The position numbers and the translations under genes are program-made. A stretch of 63,996 nucleotides of DNA, filler included, from Octopus bimaculoides (lineage: Eukaryota): the NCBI RefSeq assembly GCF_001194135.2. It is 3 parts of 2 records of this genome, joined end to end, with 100 filler letters (N's around TTAATTAATTAA, not from the genome) between each part and the next. Parts side by side here need not be neighbours in the genome. Positions count along the whole stretch, not along the records: positions 50,529 to 63,996 come from NC_068989.1; 2 more parts are not named here. One strand, 5' to 3'. Shown here piece after piece: positions 63,129 to 63,996 of the stretch (position 1 is its first letter; each line of letters begins with the position of its first letter). A model generated the notes under the pieces. It had not been told where the DNA came from. It worked only from the letters and a program-made list of their open reading frames with translations, and ran no database searches.

Positions 63129-63659
63129 GCCTTAGTTAATTGTAATATTAATACAAACACCACCTACCAATATGACAAACACCACTTCACATTTACTTTT
63201 GCTAATACTATAAAAGATCCTAATTAAATCTAAAAAGATCCTAATTACTAGAAAACCACCACTAATACTTCTACCACCACCTCTACTACCAATACAATTA
63301 TATTTACTACTACTACTACTACTACTGCCACTGCTGTTGCTGCTGCTACCACTACCACTACTACTACTACTACTACTGTCCGTTCATAATGCAATGCAAA
63401 TCTAAGGAGATTGCCCAGCTGATAAATGAGTGAGAAAGAGAGCGAGAGAGAGATATTGAGAGGATGGGAGGGTGGAAGAGAGGAAGAGAGGGAGAGAGAG
63501 ATAGGGGGTAGGTAATTAAAGAAAGAAGATAAATAAGAGGAGTGAATGAGGGTAGGAAAGAAGTGTGAGGATGTAGCTAAGTTGTTGGGTCAGAGAGTCC
63601 ACACATTACTGTAAACAGCACATGCTCCCCTGCACACACACATATATCTCTACTTTTGT

Positions 63660-63860
63660 ACTCTAGGCACAAGGCCAGAAATTTTGGGGGAGAGGGCCAG
63701 TCGATTACATCGACCCTGTCTGTAACTGGTACTTATTTCATCAACCCCAAAGGATGAAAGGCAAAGCCGACCTCGGTGGAATTTGAACTCAGAACGTGCA
63801 GACGGTCGAAACATCGCTAAACATTTTGCCTGGCGTGCTAACAATATTGTCGGCTCACCG
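63660..63860 (-). mobile_element. SINE family B
   Basis: Core and head homology. Confidence 0.85.
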
Positions 63861-63996
63861 CACACACACACGTATATATGTAAAGATATATATATATATG
63901 GAATAATTAACAGTCGACAACTGAGGAGGAGTTAGACTTCTTGTGGTATTTTGCCCCGTATTTGTCTCTGATTATGTGTTTACGTATTATTCAGTC

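Overview
AT-rich, microsatellite- and transposon-dense animal genomic DNA with many N gaps. The SINE families and simple repeats point to an octopus, probably the Octopus bimaculoides draft; this is inferred and was not searched. One complete gene can be assembled by hand: four-exon MICOS13/QIL1 on the + strand (CDS 24286-24311, 28881-29028, 33382-33433, 36667-36770; 109 aa; all GT-AG, phases 2/0/1). A probable orphan terminal coding exon lies on the - strand (39069-39289), and a mutated tRNA-Gln(CTG) lies at 57658-57729 (-). The rest is mostly repeats: two mariners, two RTE LINEs, two Hero-type and one other RLE-type LINE, CR1 and Tx1/L1 remnants, Penelope-like pieces, two Helitron derivatives, piggyBac-like MITEs, fold-back elements and at least three tRNA-derived SINE families. 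Two 100-bp N44-TTAATTAATTAA-N44 spacers are artificial joins, so continuity across 19.6 kb and 50.5 kb is unproven. Most ORFs in the supplied track are microsatellite, N-gap or antisense-TE artefacts. Most notable: a core-intact minimal hammerhead ribozyme motif (15645-15680, -) with decayed relatives, an RTE LINE with an internal inversion bounded by an 11-bp inverted repeat, and a Penelope fragment with a terminal inverted duplication. TE boundaries are approximate unless termini are quoted.
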